This document shows, in pieces, positions 30,062 through 39,583 of a stretch of 64,000 nt of DNA. Within the stretch, counting starts at the first letter, position 1; every line of letters starts with the position of its first letter. Location: the IMG/VR virus record IMGVR_UViG_3300042342_001499; one strand, given 5' to 3'. Under the pieces are notes generated by a model. That model was not told the DNA's origin, ran no database searches, and saw only the letters and a list, made by a program, of their open reading frames with translations. A program made the translations under genes and the position numbers. This DNA comes from an uncultured virus (IMG/VR IMGVR_UViG_3300042342_001499) (lineage: Duplodnaviria > Heunggongvirae > Uroviricota > Caudoviricetes).

Positions 30062-30547
30062 TCATTTTATCAGTCCTCTTGCTAAAAGACGGGTAACTAT
30101 ATCTGGACTAATATGGACATTATAGTCCCTAACTAAAGCACTTAGTAGAGGAAGCACTTTCTCCAATTCTTTAGCGAATTCACCATAAGAGTAAAATTCC
30201 AATTCAGCATCAGGAAACTCCTCATCATCATCCAAATGATTTCCATAAAATCTCGCAGCCTCTTGTATATTAGTATAAGGTGCACTAATTTCTATGTGAC
30301 AATCCGTTATGTAATCATCCTTCCCATCTATAACATCGGTGAAGAAATCACCGATCTGTCCGAAATCCATATTAGTGGGATTCTTAAAATTATCAATCTT
30401 CTTAGAAACATCAAGCCATGTGTCTTTTAAATCTCTAACTAAATTAAATTTTATTTCATCAGGAGAATCACCGGAATATAATCTATAAGTGCGATACGGT
30501 CCTGCAGATCCATCTGTAATCTCCCAAGCATTAACAAAGTAAATCAT
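30062..30547 (-). CDS. Acidic hypothetical protein (late promoter)
   Basis: Same leader as 29435-29956; ends LLARGLIK. Confidence 0.6.
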   Translation of the reverse strand: MIYFVNAWEITDGSAGPYRTYRLYSGDSPDEIKFNLVRDLKDTWLDVSKKIDNFKNPTNMDFGQIGDFFTDVIDGKDDYITDCHIEISAPYTNIQEAARFYGNHLDDDEEFPDAELEFYSYGEFAKELEKVLPLLSALVRDYNVHISPDIVTRLLARGLIK

Positions 30548-30668
30548 ATCTTATATATCCACACATAACCAAAGAGAATTCCAAGCCATCTAAGGCTAAA
30601 GGCCCCCTGGGCCACTTCCAAAGTGTGTAGAAAAATCTAAAAGCCCGGAGGGCAAACTATTGTCGCAC

Positions 30669-30693
30669 AAAAAAGCCAGCTAGAAGCTGGCTT
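30669..30693 (-). terminator. Intrinsic terminator
   Basis: AAGCCAGC-TAGAA-GCTGGCTT stem followed by a T-tract on the minus strand. Confidence 0.8.
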
Positions 30694-30716
30694 AATATAT
30701 TATTTAGATCCTGAGA

Positions 30717-31226
30717 TTACATACCAGCCCAATTATCGCTTTCGTCATCTAAATGATCAAAGAAATCGTCAACAGACATAGATTCTGTTCCATTGTTTCC
30801 TTGATAATGAGTGATCATTCCTCTTTCTAAAGCAAATAAAGGAAGACCTCCATATTTCGGTGTGCCTTTTGTCTCCACATCCGTTCCGTCTGGCATAGTA
30901 ATGTATTCGTAATCATCCACATTAATTTCTCCTGTGGTGCAAGCTCTCCATTCATTTTGACTCTCCCATTCGATATAAGCAAGTCCTTCTCTTCCGTCAA
31001 TCAAAATGTCGTATAAATTCTCATCCGATCCAAACTTAACTGCAACTTCTTTATAGGATTCGGAAACATCTCTAAGTTCCTCTGCAACATCATTTGGAAA
31101 TATACCATACCAAATTGAGTCTTCTTCATGGAATAAGAATACTGATTCTCCCATTCTTGTAACGTCCTTATAAGTAGCAGAAGAATCTGAACTCATAAAT
31201 TGTTCAAATAATTTTACGTGTTTCAT
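30717..31226 (-). CDS. Putative internal virion protein
   Basis: MKHVKLFEQF. Confidence 0.6.
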   Translation of the reverse strand: MKHVKLFEQFMSSDSSATYKDVTRMGESVFLFHEEDSIWYGIFPNDVAEELRDVSESYKEVAVKFGSDENLYDILIDGREGLAYIEWESQNEWRACTTGEINVDDYEYITMPDGTDVETKGTPKYGGLPLFALERGMITHYQGNNGTESMSVDDFFDHLDDESDNWAGM

Positions 31227-31292
31227 ATTTAATTATTTTGTTTATATATCCAATTATATATCCAAAGTTAAGGTTATTTCTAGTAGATAAAA

Positions 31293-31721
31293 TCATCTCA
31301 TTGAAATAAGAGCATCTGGATTTAATAGTCTTGTTCCTCCAGAAGAATCTAAAACTACAAATCCGTCTAATTCTCTATCAGCTTTAAATATCATATGTTC
31401 GGGATTATCATATTCATAATTTTTACCAAGCTCTACTATATCACCAACATTGTCTCCGTAATTTTCCATCTCAGCAATATTTGAAGTACTAATCCCTTTT
31501 CCTCCCATAGGAACAATAACTAAATCATGATTGTCTGGGATATCTATAATTTCAATTCCTGAATAATCCGTTTCTTCTGGTATTAATTCAGTTAATCTAG
31601 AATATATCATTTTAGCTTCATCAGATGGAAAAACACCAACTGCCATTTGTGTTTCCATAAAAAAGCCTATAACACTATATTCTTTAGTATCAAATTGTTC
31701 AAATAATTTAACGTGTTTCAT
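31293..31721 (-). CDS. Putative internal virion protein
   Basis: MKHVKLFEQF; ends NPDALISMR. Confidence 0.6.
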   Translation of the reverse strand: MKHVKLFEQFDTKEYSVIGFFMETQMAVGVFPSDEAKMIYSRLTELIPEETDYSGIEIIDIPDNHDLVIVPMGGKGISTSNIAEMENYGDNVGDIVELGKNYEYDNPEHMIFKADRELDGFVVLDSSGGTRLLNPDALISMR

Positions 31722-31739
31722 ATTTCATATTTAATTGTT

Positions 31740-32132
31740 TTATCTCCTCATCATATTAAGAGCATCTGGATTACTGTCTAATAATTTATTTATATCTTCT
31801 AATACAGTAATATAATCTTCAGTGGAAAAAACCGCTCTTTGAGATTCACTCCAAGGGATTAATTTTTGTGCACGTATAGTCATTTCTGAGAATTCCTCTG
31901 AGTATCCAGGTTTAGCTTTCTGTACTCTTCCATTATTAGATATAGATACACCAACTGTACCATTATATAAATATAGCTTTCCCATTCCATCAAACATTTC
32001 AGGGGATCCTTCAGTAAATCCTTTTCTGGTCATTTCTAAATAAGGAAAAGAATTCCTAACTTCATTAGTATCTACTAAAGAAGAATCGTGTCTTCTAGCT
32101 ACAAAGGTTTCAAATAATTTAACATGTTTCAT
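31740..32132 (-). CDS. Putative internal virion protein
   Basis: MKHVKLFETF; ends NPDALNMMRR. Confidence 0.6.
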   Translation of the reverse strand: MKHVKLFETFVARRHDSSLVDTNEVRNSFPYLEMTRKGFTEGSPEMFDGMGKLYLYNGTVGVSISNNGRVQKAKPGYSEEFSEMTIRAQKLIPWSESQRAVFSTEDYITVLEDINKLLDSNPDALNMMRR

Positions 32133-32289
32133 ATTTAATTGTTTTGTTTATATATCCAAGATTAAGACTATTCCTAGTAGATAAAAAATGATACACAGAA
32201 ATTCATATATGAGCCTAGGAACTCCATGATTTTCTACGCACGTAAAAATTTCAAAACCAAACAAATCCGAATTTTAGGGCCCTCCCCCC

Positions 32290-32646
32290 TTATAAAGAAA
32301 CTGTTCTAACAGGTCTAGCGCAAATACCAATACTAGTACTATTCTGAAAAGCCTTAGCACCACCAGGAAAATACACACATTCTCTATGACCCACATAAAC
32401 TTGCGGGTGACTAACCTTAGGTGTTAATTCAGATGACCAATAGTACTCATTTGAAAATCCAAGAACCCCTAATTGACTTAGAGTACACATATAAGAAAGT
32501 TCCTCTATTGTGGGAAGTCTCCATCCATCACCTTTAAGTGCTAGACACAAAGATTGATACTGTGACCATGTCTTACCATAAGGAAGATCCTTATAGAAGA
32601 TCTCTAATCCAATTGCATCTATGACAAAGTTATTACCGTTATACAT
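32290..32646 (-). CDS. DUF1566/Lcl C-terminal (C-type-lectin-fold) domain protein
   Basis: GWRLPTIEEL, YYWSS, terminal RPVR. Confidence 0.7.
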   Translation of the reverse strand: MYNGNNFVIDAIGLEIFYKDLPYGKTWSQYQSLCLALKGDGWRLPTIEELSYMCTLSQLGVLGFSNEYYWSSELTPKVSHPQVYVGHRECVYFPGGAKAFQNSTSIGICARPVRTVSL

Positions 32647-32750
32647 ACCTCCTATATATCATAATCAAGGCGCAACCTAGGAGCACATAGATTTCTCCAG
32701 AAAAAAAAAATTAGGTTTTAGAACCACACACAATTTTAGGGCCCTCCCCC

Positions 32751-33269
32751 TTAGGCGATTTGGAAAGACCTCATAGCAATCACTTCATAAGTGGTGCCTT
32801 TAAAAGCAGACACATATGTGTCAGCAGCTGGCTCAGCAAATAATTGACCCAATGCAGTGTAACATATTGTATCATCTATATTGACCTGACCTTCAGAAGA
32901 ACTCCAATAACCAGCATAGTTATTTAAGAAAGCCAATTCAGAGGCATTTCTTTGAAGATACACTTTATTTAATTCATCCTTTGATGGAAGATACCAATCT
33001 GAATAACCTCCAGATGTTAAGTCGGAACATATCTTTGCAGCTATACCCGCTTGAGTACATCCAGCCACTATAGCAGCTGTATTAGCACTACCAGTACCAA
33101 TAGCAGTATTATGAACATCTATATAGGTTGTAGCACATCCCCAACCAGCAGTGCCTAATAATTTAGGACAAACTATTAGTCCATTATTATTTGGAGAAAT
33201 GTATCCAGGATCTCCGACTTGAAGATAATATACGATTATACCTCCTTGGAAAGTATCAAGTAGTGCCAT
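32751..33269 (-). CDS. DUF1566/Lcl domain protein
   Basis: GGIIVY, GTGSANT..I, GYSDWYLPSKDELN, YWSSSE, MRSF. Confidence 0.75.
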   Translation of the reverse strand: MALLDTFQGGIIVYYLQVGDPGYISPNNNGLIVCPKLLGTAGWGCATTYIDVHNTAIGTGSANTAAIVAGCTQAGIAAKICSDLTSGGYSDWYLPSKDELNKVYLQRNASELAFLNNYAGYWSSSEGQVNIDDTICYTALGQLFAEPAADTYVSAFKGTTYEVIAMRSFQIA

Positions 33270-33516
33270 GTCTTTTAGTTTTTCTATTATATATCCATAT
33301 AACGAGGCGAACCCCTAGGAGGGCACAGTTTCTACCAGGAAAAAAATTAGGTTTTAGAACCAATCCACTTTTTAGGACCCTCCCCCTCCATATACACATA
33401 TCACATAGAGAGAGAAGAGAGTACAGGGGTAAGTCCTAGATATCCCGGTGAAGTACTGGGGTCGAATCCCTAGAAACATTGATTTTTGAGGTCAATAAAA
33501 ATTCGCCAGACCAGGA

Positions 33517-33676
33517 CCGGGGGGTGTTTTTTCATATAGCCCCCGGGCCATTGAATTTGAGTTTTAGGGGGGGTAAAATCACTGTTTTAGGGGGGTAAAA
33601 AGGGGGCTTAGAAAGAGGGGTAAAATCACCTGTTTTCACTAAAAAACGTGTGTTTTAACGGGGGTGCCCTGGGGGA
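33517..33676 (+). repeat. G-run-rich non-coding tract with GGGGTAAAA(TCAC) repeats
   Basis: G7 at 33567, G6 at 33590, G5 at 33602, G4 at 33617; GGGGTAAAA three times. Confidence 0.7.
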
Positions 33677-33876
33677 TGAAAAAAGAGTGATTTTCAGCTT
33701 TTTTTGGCTATTCTCTTAGTTTGCCTGAGGTGCCTCAGGGCTGCAATGCATCTCTACTAACTTGACTTGTCTATTACTTCTGGGGTACCTCAAGAATCCT
33801 ATCTTGTCTTCATAGGAAACATAGGTCCACAAAAAAAGGCCACATGTGGCCCTTGGGGTTTGGGGTGAATTTTAAG

Positions 33877-34059
33877 TTAGAGGACTTCCACTTTTAGGCC
33901 CTTAAGAATTTTGTGAATTTGTGGGGTGATTTTAGAGGTGCCTTTGATGGTAGGTATCACAGTAGGCCCCTGGAGGGAGAAGATGTAATCTTGGCCTTCT
34001 AGGATGTCATAGCCTGCTAGGAGTGTCTTAACTTGCTTTAGTAGTAGCTGTTTGTTCAT
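33877..34059 (-). CDS. Small hypothetical protein
   Basis: Own early promoter and terminator. Confidence 0.55.
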   Translation of the reverse strand: MNKQLLLKQVKTLLAGYDILEGQDYIFSLQGPTVIPTIKGTSKITPQIHKILKGLKVEVL

Positions 34060-34188
34060 GAAGTAAATATAAGGGGTTTTCTTGGAATAAAAAAATGATT
34101 TCTTATGAAGAGTTGGTGCACAAAAAAAGAGGACCTAAGTCCTCTTTCTCTTTTATTATAACCCCCATTATAATAAAATGAATTTTTT

Positions 34189-34278
34189 TTAGTTTTGTGA
34201 TATGTGTGACCATATTCTTAATAGGTCTGATATAAGAATTTGTGTTCTAATATTTATAATTTGAATTTTTGATTTCAT
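34189..34278 (-). CDS. 29-aa micro-ORF
   Basis: MKSKIQIINIRTQILISDLLRIWSHISQN between a full promoter/leader and a terminator. Confidence 0.45.
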   Translation of the reverse strand: MKSKIQIINIRTQILISDLLRIWSHISQN

Positions 34279-34427
34279 TTGATTTGTTTAATTGATTAAC
34301 TAGACAAATATATGGAATTTTCTAAGATATAAAAAATGATTTCTTAGAATTTCTTGGAAGATTAATAATATCAATGGAGTCTATACAAAGTACTATAATC
34401 AGATGACATAGTACTATGTATCCTTAC

Positions 34428-34621
34428 TGGGGTGCCTTCTTTACTTTACCATAGAGTGATTCTGATTAAATCCTCTTCTCTTCACTCTATCTGAGGTGCC
34501 TTCTTTACTTTACCATAGAGTAAGTATATAAAATACATGCTTACTCTCTATTAATAAGGTGCCTTCGGGTAGGATGCAAGATTGTATAATGCTAGCTACT
34601 CTCTATTAATGAGGTGCCTTC
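34428..34621 (+). repeat. Four GGTGCCTTC-centred imperfect repeats
   Basis: GGTGCCTTCTTTACTTTACCATAGAGT at 34431 and 34495; TACTCTCTATTAATRAGGTGCCTTC at 34542 and 34597. Confidence 0.75.
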
Positions 34622-34704
34622 TGGCAGCAACTTAGAAGCAACTTGAAACCTTAGCACACAAAAAAAGCCTAGTTGCCTAGGCTTTGCATTGGGAAGAAAT
34701 AAAT

Positions 34705-34842
34705 TTAGAACTCTCTACATGCAGTTCCTGTGTAGTTACCTGTACACATTGACCAAATAGTATAGGAGAAAGCCACTACTAACATTAGTCCTAATCCGAT
34801 TGCCCAAACTCCCATTGCGATTTCTAAAGTTCTTAATTTCAT
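34705..34842 (-). CDS. 45-aa membrane peptide
   Basis: MKLRTLEIAMGVWAIGLGLMLVVAFSYTIW...; own promoter, leader and terminator. Confidence 0.55.
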   Translation of the reverse strand: MKLRTLEIAMGVWAIGLGLMLVVAFSYTIWSMCTGNYTGTACREF

Positions 34843-35003
34843 AATTGTTTTTATTTAATTGGTTTACTTAGCTAATATATGGATTTTTCTACTAAGTAAA
34901 AAACGATTTCTTGGAAAAATGTAGAAAAAGATTTAGGATAATGTGGGTTTCTGTGGGCACCTCAGCGGGTCAAATAGATATATAAATGATCTAATCAAAT
35001 TTT

Positions 35004-35210
35004 ATGTCACACGAAGATGTATTCTATGAGATTTACCAGGAGGTTCACTCGCAAGGACTGGAAGAGAGATTTTACCAGCAACTTAATAAGATGAAGTCAC
35101 AGGATAAGCATAAGTACAAGTGTATAAAAGATCATTGGGAATATGCTTATAGAAGAATCACTGGAGATCAGGAGATTCATGACACATTATTAAACAACAA
35201 TCAAGGGTAA
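35004..35210 (+). CDS. Hypothetical protein (late promoter)
   Basis: GATATATA at about 34977. Confidence 0.6.
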   Translation: MSHEDVFYEIYQEVHSQGLEERFYQQLNKMKSQDKHKYKCIKDHWEYAYRRITGDQEIHDTLLNNNQG

Positions 35211-35215
35211 GATTT

Positions 35216-35398
35216 ATGGAAGAGTACAGATTATTAACTAAGGATAGAGAGACTATTAGTAGTGTTAGATGTCATAATTTTGAAGAAGCAGTTGAATACT
35301 TTGCAGAGAAAAAAAGACTCAGTACAGCTGATTTAATTAGCATTTTTGAAGTTGACATTCTCTCAGCTGATTCACAAGGAGGCACCTCAAGAAGTTAA
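35216..35398 (+). CDS. Hypothetical protein
   Basis: Operonic with 35004-35210. Confidence 0.55.
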   Translation: MEEYRLLTKDRETISSVRCHNFEEAVEYFAEKKRLSTADLISIFEVDILSADSQGGTSRS

Positions 35399-35656
35399 GA
35401 AGATTTATTTCATAGTACTATTTTTATCTCTGGGGCACCTTATAATGCTTACTTTGGAAAGATTCTTTTTAGTGATTTAAAAAAATGAAGGCCTAAATAT
35501 AAGAATTATCACACCAAGAAAAAAATGATTTCTAATAGGTGATTAATAGGTGATTCTCTCTGGGGCACCTCAAGAATTCTCCATAGCCAAATCCAAAACC
35601 TTAGCCCACAAAAAAAGAGTCCGAAGACTCCTCTTTTGTTTTTTGTTGAATTAAAA

Positions 35657-35986
35657 TTATGCTTGTGCGTTTACCAATTCATTTGAAGTTGTGTAAAAGG
35701 TGCGGCGACCAGTTCTTAAAACTCTGAAAGTAATTAAATTATTTTCATTTTTAATTTGTGTGAAATTTAGAACTGAACCAGGAGTTGCACAATAAGAATT
35801 TTCCAATTCCATTTTTAAATTTTTATATAAACGAACTTTGTGGTCGAATGCTTTTTCGAATTTCAATTCGCTTAAGAAATCATCAAACTTTGGAGCAACC
35901 ATTTCTGCTTTTTTCTTTGCTGCGTACGCTTTGTTGTAAGTGGATTTTTTTGCTTTTTGTTCTGGTGTCATAATTGAGTTTTTCAT
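35657..35986 (-). CDS. Basic early protein, paralog family A (copy 1)
   Basis: QKAKK..YNKAYAAKKKA ... VRLY.N.KME..NSY.A.PGS.L.F..I.NENNLIT.RV.RTGRRTFYTTS. Confidence 0.7.
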   Translation of the reverse strand: MKNSIMTPEQKAKKSTYNKAYAAKKKAEMVAPKFDDFLSELKFEKAFDHKVRLYKNLKMELENSYCATPGSVLNFTQIKNENNLITFRVLRTGRRTFYTTSNELVNAQA

Positions 35987-36259
35987 AATTTGTTTTTTTA
36001 AGTTTTTGTTTAATTGATTAACATTACAAATATATGGAATCTTCTACTTTATAAAAAATGATTCTTGGAATTTCTTGGAAATTTCTAAAAAAAGATTTAG
36101 GGGATTCTCTGAGGCACCTACACGATTCTTGCTTGCTGGGGTTCCTCAGGTGAGACGCACGGGCTCGGCGCGGAATCCGATCCGAATCTTTTTAAATAAA
36201 AAAAGACTCCGAAGAGTCTTTCCTTTTACATCTGATAAGTGTTAATCAATCAAAAGTGT

Positions 36260-36490
36260 CTATCTAGTGCTCACTTTAATAGTGAATATTTTGTCTTGCA
36301 TACCTGCTAGGTCAACCATATCTCTGACCTTCTTAGCAGTTTCCTCGTGGTTATACCCAAACACCTCTATGAAGTATTTAGCTTGTCCTTCATATTTTGA
36401 TCCAGCAACAAAATATTCTCGTGAAGGAGCTTTTGGTTTCTTTACCTTGTTATCCTTTGTTCTCACATAAAAAGTGTCTGTAGTAGGCAT
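36260..36490 (-). CDS. Hypothetical protein
   Basis: Own promoter, leader and terminator. Confidence 0.6.
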   Translation of the reverse strand: MPTTDTFYVRTKDNKVKKPKAPSREYFVAGSKYEGQAKYFIEVFGYNHEETAKKVRDMVDLAGMQDKIFTIKVSTR

Positions 36491-36811
36491 ATATTAATCA
36501 TTTAATTGGTTTACTTAGCTAATGTAAATTAAATCTCTTAAATTAAAAAATGATTTCTGGGATTTTCATAGAAATACCCTTCGTACGCACGTACGTACGC
36601 GCTCGTCCCCCGGGAGGAGCCAGGGGAAATGAAAGATGAAGAAGAATGAAGATCACCTAGGGAACCACAGGAACACTTTCATATATTCACATGATATATT
36701 CTGATATAAGCCGGGGGTACCTCCTGATGGTTACATCAGACTAGTTACTGTAACCTTGGTTCACAAAAAAAGACTCTATTATTATAGAGTCTTTTTAAAT
36801 TAGTTATGAAG

Positions 36812-37216
36812 TTATTTTTTAGCAACCGGTTTAGCACCTGCAACTGGTTTAGCACCTGCAACTGGTTTAGCACCTGCAACTGGTTTAGCAACACCACCTT
36901 TACCTAACATCGGTACAGGTTTAGGAACTGCTGCTCCTGTTCTATCCTTGAAAGGACCTTGTTTGTTAAGAAACATTGTGAGTAAATTGCTCAACTTAGT
37001 TGCTATAAGGATTGGGCTGTTAGCTAAATTAGAGGGAAACTTAGAAGCTACCACGTTAACCATTGCACCAAAATCTTTAGCTGTTTTAGGGTCTTTGTAA
37101 TTAGGTTTAGTAAAAGCACTTTTAATAGCATCCATTATACCTTCGTCCAAATCATCATAATCATAGTCGAATTCGTGTGATTCATTAACGAATTCATCAA
37201 ATCTTTTAATTTCCAT
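36812..37216 (-). CDS. Putative internal virion protein with basic (KPVAGA)n tail
   Basis: MEIKRFDEFVNES; 18-bp tandem repeat near the 3' end; GATATA upstream. Confidence 0.6.
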   Translation of the reverse strand: MEIKRFDEFVNESHEFDYDYDDLDEGIMDAIKSAFTKPNYKDPKTAKDFGAMVNVVASKFPSNLANSPILIATKLSNLLTMFLNKQGPFKDRTGAAVPKPVPMLGKGGVAKPVAGAKPVAGAKPVAGAKPVAKK

Positions 37217-37501
37217 TTTGTTTATTTATTTATTGTATATATCAAATAATGATTAATTATCCTGGGGCACCTCAGATTGCTTATGTGTTTTCCTTACTCA
37301 AATATGACAATTTTTTTGGGAAACCCACTATAATATAGCATCTTTTTTTTAAACCATAATAGTATCCAGATTCCCTGGGGCACCTCAGAGTCTGGATGTT
37401 GTTTGGTTCTAAAACCTAAAATGTTTCCTTAGCCCACAAAAAAAGACCCAAGAGGGTCTTTTTATTTTTATAGTTAAAAGATTAATTAAAATATTATTTT
37501 T

Positions 37502-37990
37502 CTATATTTGTCTTAACCAATTAAAACATGGTTGATTAGTCTTAGTTCCGTTAAAAATAATAGCATCATTTGTTATTTCAATTTCTTTTTTTATAACCAT
37601 CAATCCATTAAAATCTTCAAAATTTGCTTTTAATAGTTCGGAGGAAAATTCTTTTGATTTATTAGCAGAAAAAAATAAAGTTTTATCTTTCTCCTGAAAA
37701 ATTGTCATTGGTATTTCACATCCAAGTTTTCCTAAATTTTCTTCCCTCCAGGGGAATGAGTCATTAATAATTTCCAATGTTTCGATATCTTCTGTCATTT
37801 CTCCTGTTGGTTTAGAATAACTAAACTTACGGGGAGAAGTTATAAATTTTTCAATAAAAGAATATGAATTTTCTTTTTCTAAAGGCTTCTGTGATATTAT
37901 TAAAAATTTACGAACATCATTTTTTTCATTTCGATTCCAATCTGTGATTGTTTCTAATTTAACTACAGTACAGAAAATATTGTCTTCCAT
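37502..37990 (-). CDS. Hypothetical protein
   Basis: Own promoter, leader and terminator. Confidence 0.6.
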   Translation of the reverse strand: MEDNIFCTVVKLETITDWNRNEKNDVRKFLIISQKPLEKENSYSFIEKFITSPRKFSYSKPTGEMTEDIETLEIINDSFPWREENLGKLGCEIPMTIFQEKDKTLFFSANKSKEFSSELLKANFEDFNGLMVIKKEIEITNDAIIFNGTKTNQPCFNWLRQI

Positions 37991-38173
37991 TTTTATAAAT
38001 TTTAGTTTAATTGATTAACATAGCAAATATATTGATTTTTCTACAAAGTAAAAAATGATTCTAAAGTTCCTGGGGCACCTCAAGAATTCTCCCATGGTTA
38101 CGTGGGAAATTACTTACCCCACAAAAAAAAGACTCCGAAGAGTCTTTCCTTTTACATTTGACATGTGTGTTAA

Positions 38174-38383
38174 TCAATCAAAAGTGTCTTCATTATCTTC
38201 ATTTAGATCTACGTCCCAATCTCCATCTCTATCTCTAAAAGCTACACCTCCGTGAATGTTTGGACCCACTTCGCCTATCCAGTCTTGTATACTCAATCGA
38301 TCCTCTGGATGGGCTTTAGTATTCCAATTGGCTAGGTCTTGTCTCACTAGACTCCACCATTCTTGTTTAGTAGTTGCTATCAT
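38174..38383 (-). CDS. Hypothetical protein
   Basis: ATGA-coupled to 38380-38598. Confidence 0.55.
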   Translation of the reverse strand: MIATTKQEWWSLVRQDLANWNTKAHPEDRLSIQDWIGEVGPNIHGGVAFRDRDGDWDVDLNEDNEDTFD

Positions 38384-38598
38384 TTCTCAAGTATTACAAA
38401 TGAGCCAAAGTAGTTATCAAACACTTTTATTAGGTGCTCGTAATCTCCTGACTTCATTTCTTTAATAATCACATCAGCATCTAAATCTAGTTGCCTTGCA
38501 AAGTTCTTAGCATATCCCATAAGGACAAATGCGTTACCATCAGGTCCAGTTAAATCAATAACTATTGGACCTTTCTTTTCTTTCTTATTTCTTATCAT
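38380..38598 (-). CDS. Conserved hypothetical phage protein
   Basis: IDLTGPDGNAF.LMG...M.SGDYEHL motif. Confidence 0.65.
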   Translation of the reverse strand: MIRNKKEKKGPIVIDLTGPDGNAFVLMGYAKNFARQLDLDADVIIKEMKSGDYEHLIKVFDNYFGSFVILEK

Positions 38599-39023
38599 GA
38601 GTGTTTGTTTAATTGATTAACTAGACAAATATATAGAATTTTCTAAGAAATAAAAAATGATTCTTGGAAAAATCTAATCAGGTCACTGTGACATGATCCT
38701 CTTGGGGCACCTCAGGAATTCTGATCAGTGCTATGTCAAAACCGGAGGCTACAAAAAAAGAGACCAGAGTCTCTTTTTTTAAGGATAAAGTAAATGCCTA
38801 TCTCAAACCCGTGGGGTTCCTCCTATCCATAATATGCAAAGTGATTCATCTCTTTTTTGTCAAATGATTACAAATTATCTCCCGGAGACTGCTGGAGATC
38901 TTCCGGAGATCTGCTGGAGATAATCTCTGGGGTTCCCCACGAAGTTCCCATAGTTACGTGGGAAATCTTACCACACAAAAAAAGGGAATCCGAAGACTCC
39001 CTTTTCCTAAAATTTAATTCCGG

Positions 39024-39341
39024 TTATTGAGCAGGAACTAATTCTTTAGATGTTGTATAAAAAGTTCTGCGACCTGTGCGTTTAACTCGATAAGTGATTA
39101 AGTTGTTTTCGTTAGAAATTTTAACAAAACTTAAAACTGAACCCGGACTCGCCTTGTATGAGTTTGTGATTTCCATTTTAAGGTTTCGATAAAGTCTAAT
39201 TGCATGGTCAAAAGCTTTTTCGAATTTGTCCTCATTGAAAATCACTGCGTTTTCAATTGATTGAGCTTTTTTCTTCGCTCTGTAGGCTTTGTCATAAGCT
39301 GCCTTTGCTGCTTTTTGAGATGCTGTCATTTCCTTTTTCAT
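39024..39341 (-). CDS. Basic early protein, paralog family A (copy 2)
   Basis: Clear full-length similarity to 35657-35986. Confidence 0.7.
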   Translation of the reverse strand: MKKEMTASQKAAKAAYDKAYRAKKKAQSIENAVIFNEDKFEKAFDHAIRLYRNLKMEITNSYKASPGSVLSFVKISNENNLITYRVKRTGRRTFYTTSKELVPAQ

Positions 39342-39583
39342 AATTAAAAGTTTTAAGTGGTTGTTTAATTGATTAACTAGACAAATATAAGTGGAATCTT
39401 CTAATATAAAAAACGATTTCTTGGAATTTCTTGGAAATTTCTAAAAAAGTTTTTTATGTGTTTTCAGCTGTTAACAGCTGTTTTCCCTGGGGTTCCTCAG
39501 GAAACTTGATCCAAACTTGAACTAAAACCTTAGCCCACAAAAAAGGACCCGAAGGTCCGTTTCCGCGAGGCGATCCGAATTGG

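Noticed and set aside
34428..34621. CRISPR mini-array
   Set aside because: The repeats are two different pairs sharing only a 9-bp core, the spacers are partly repetitive and there are no cas genes.
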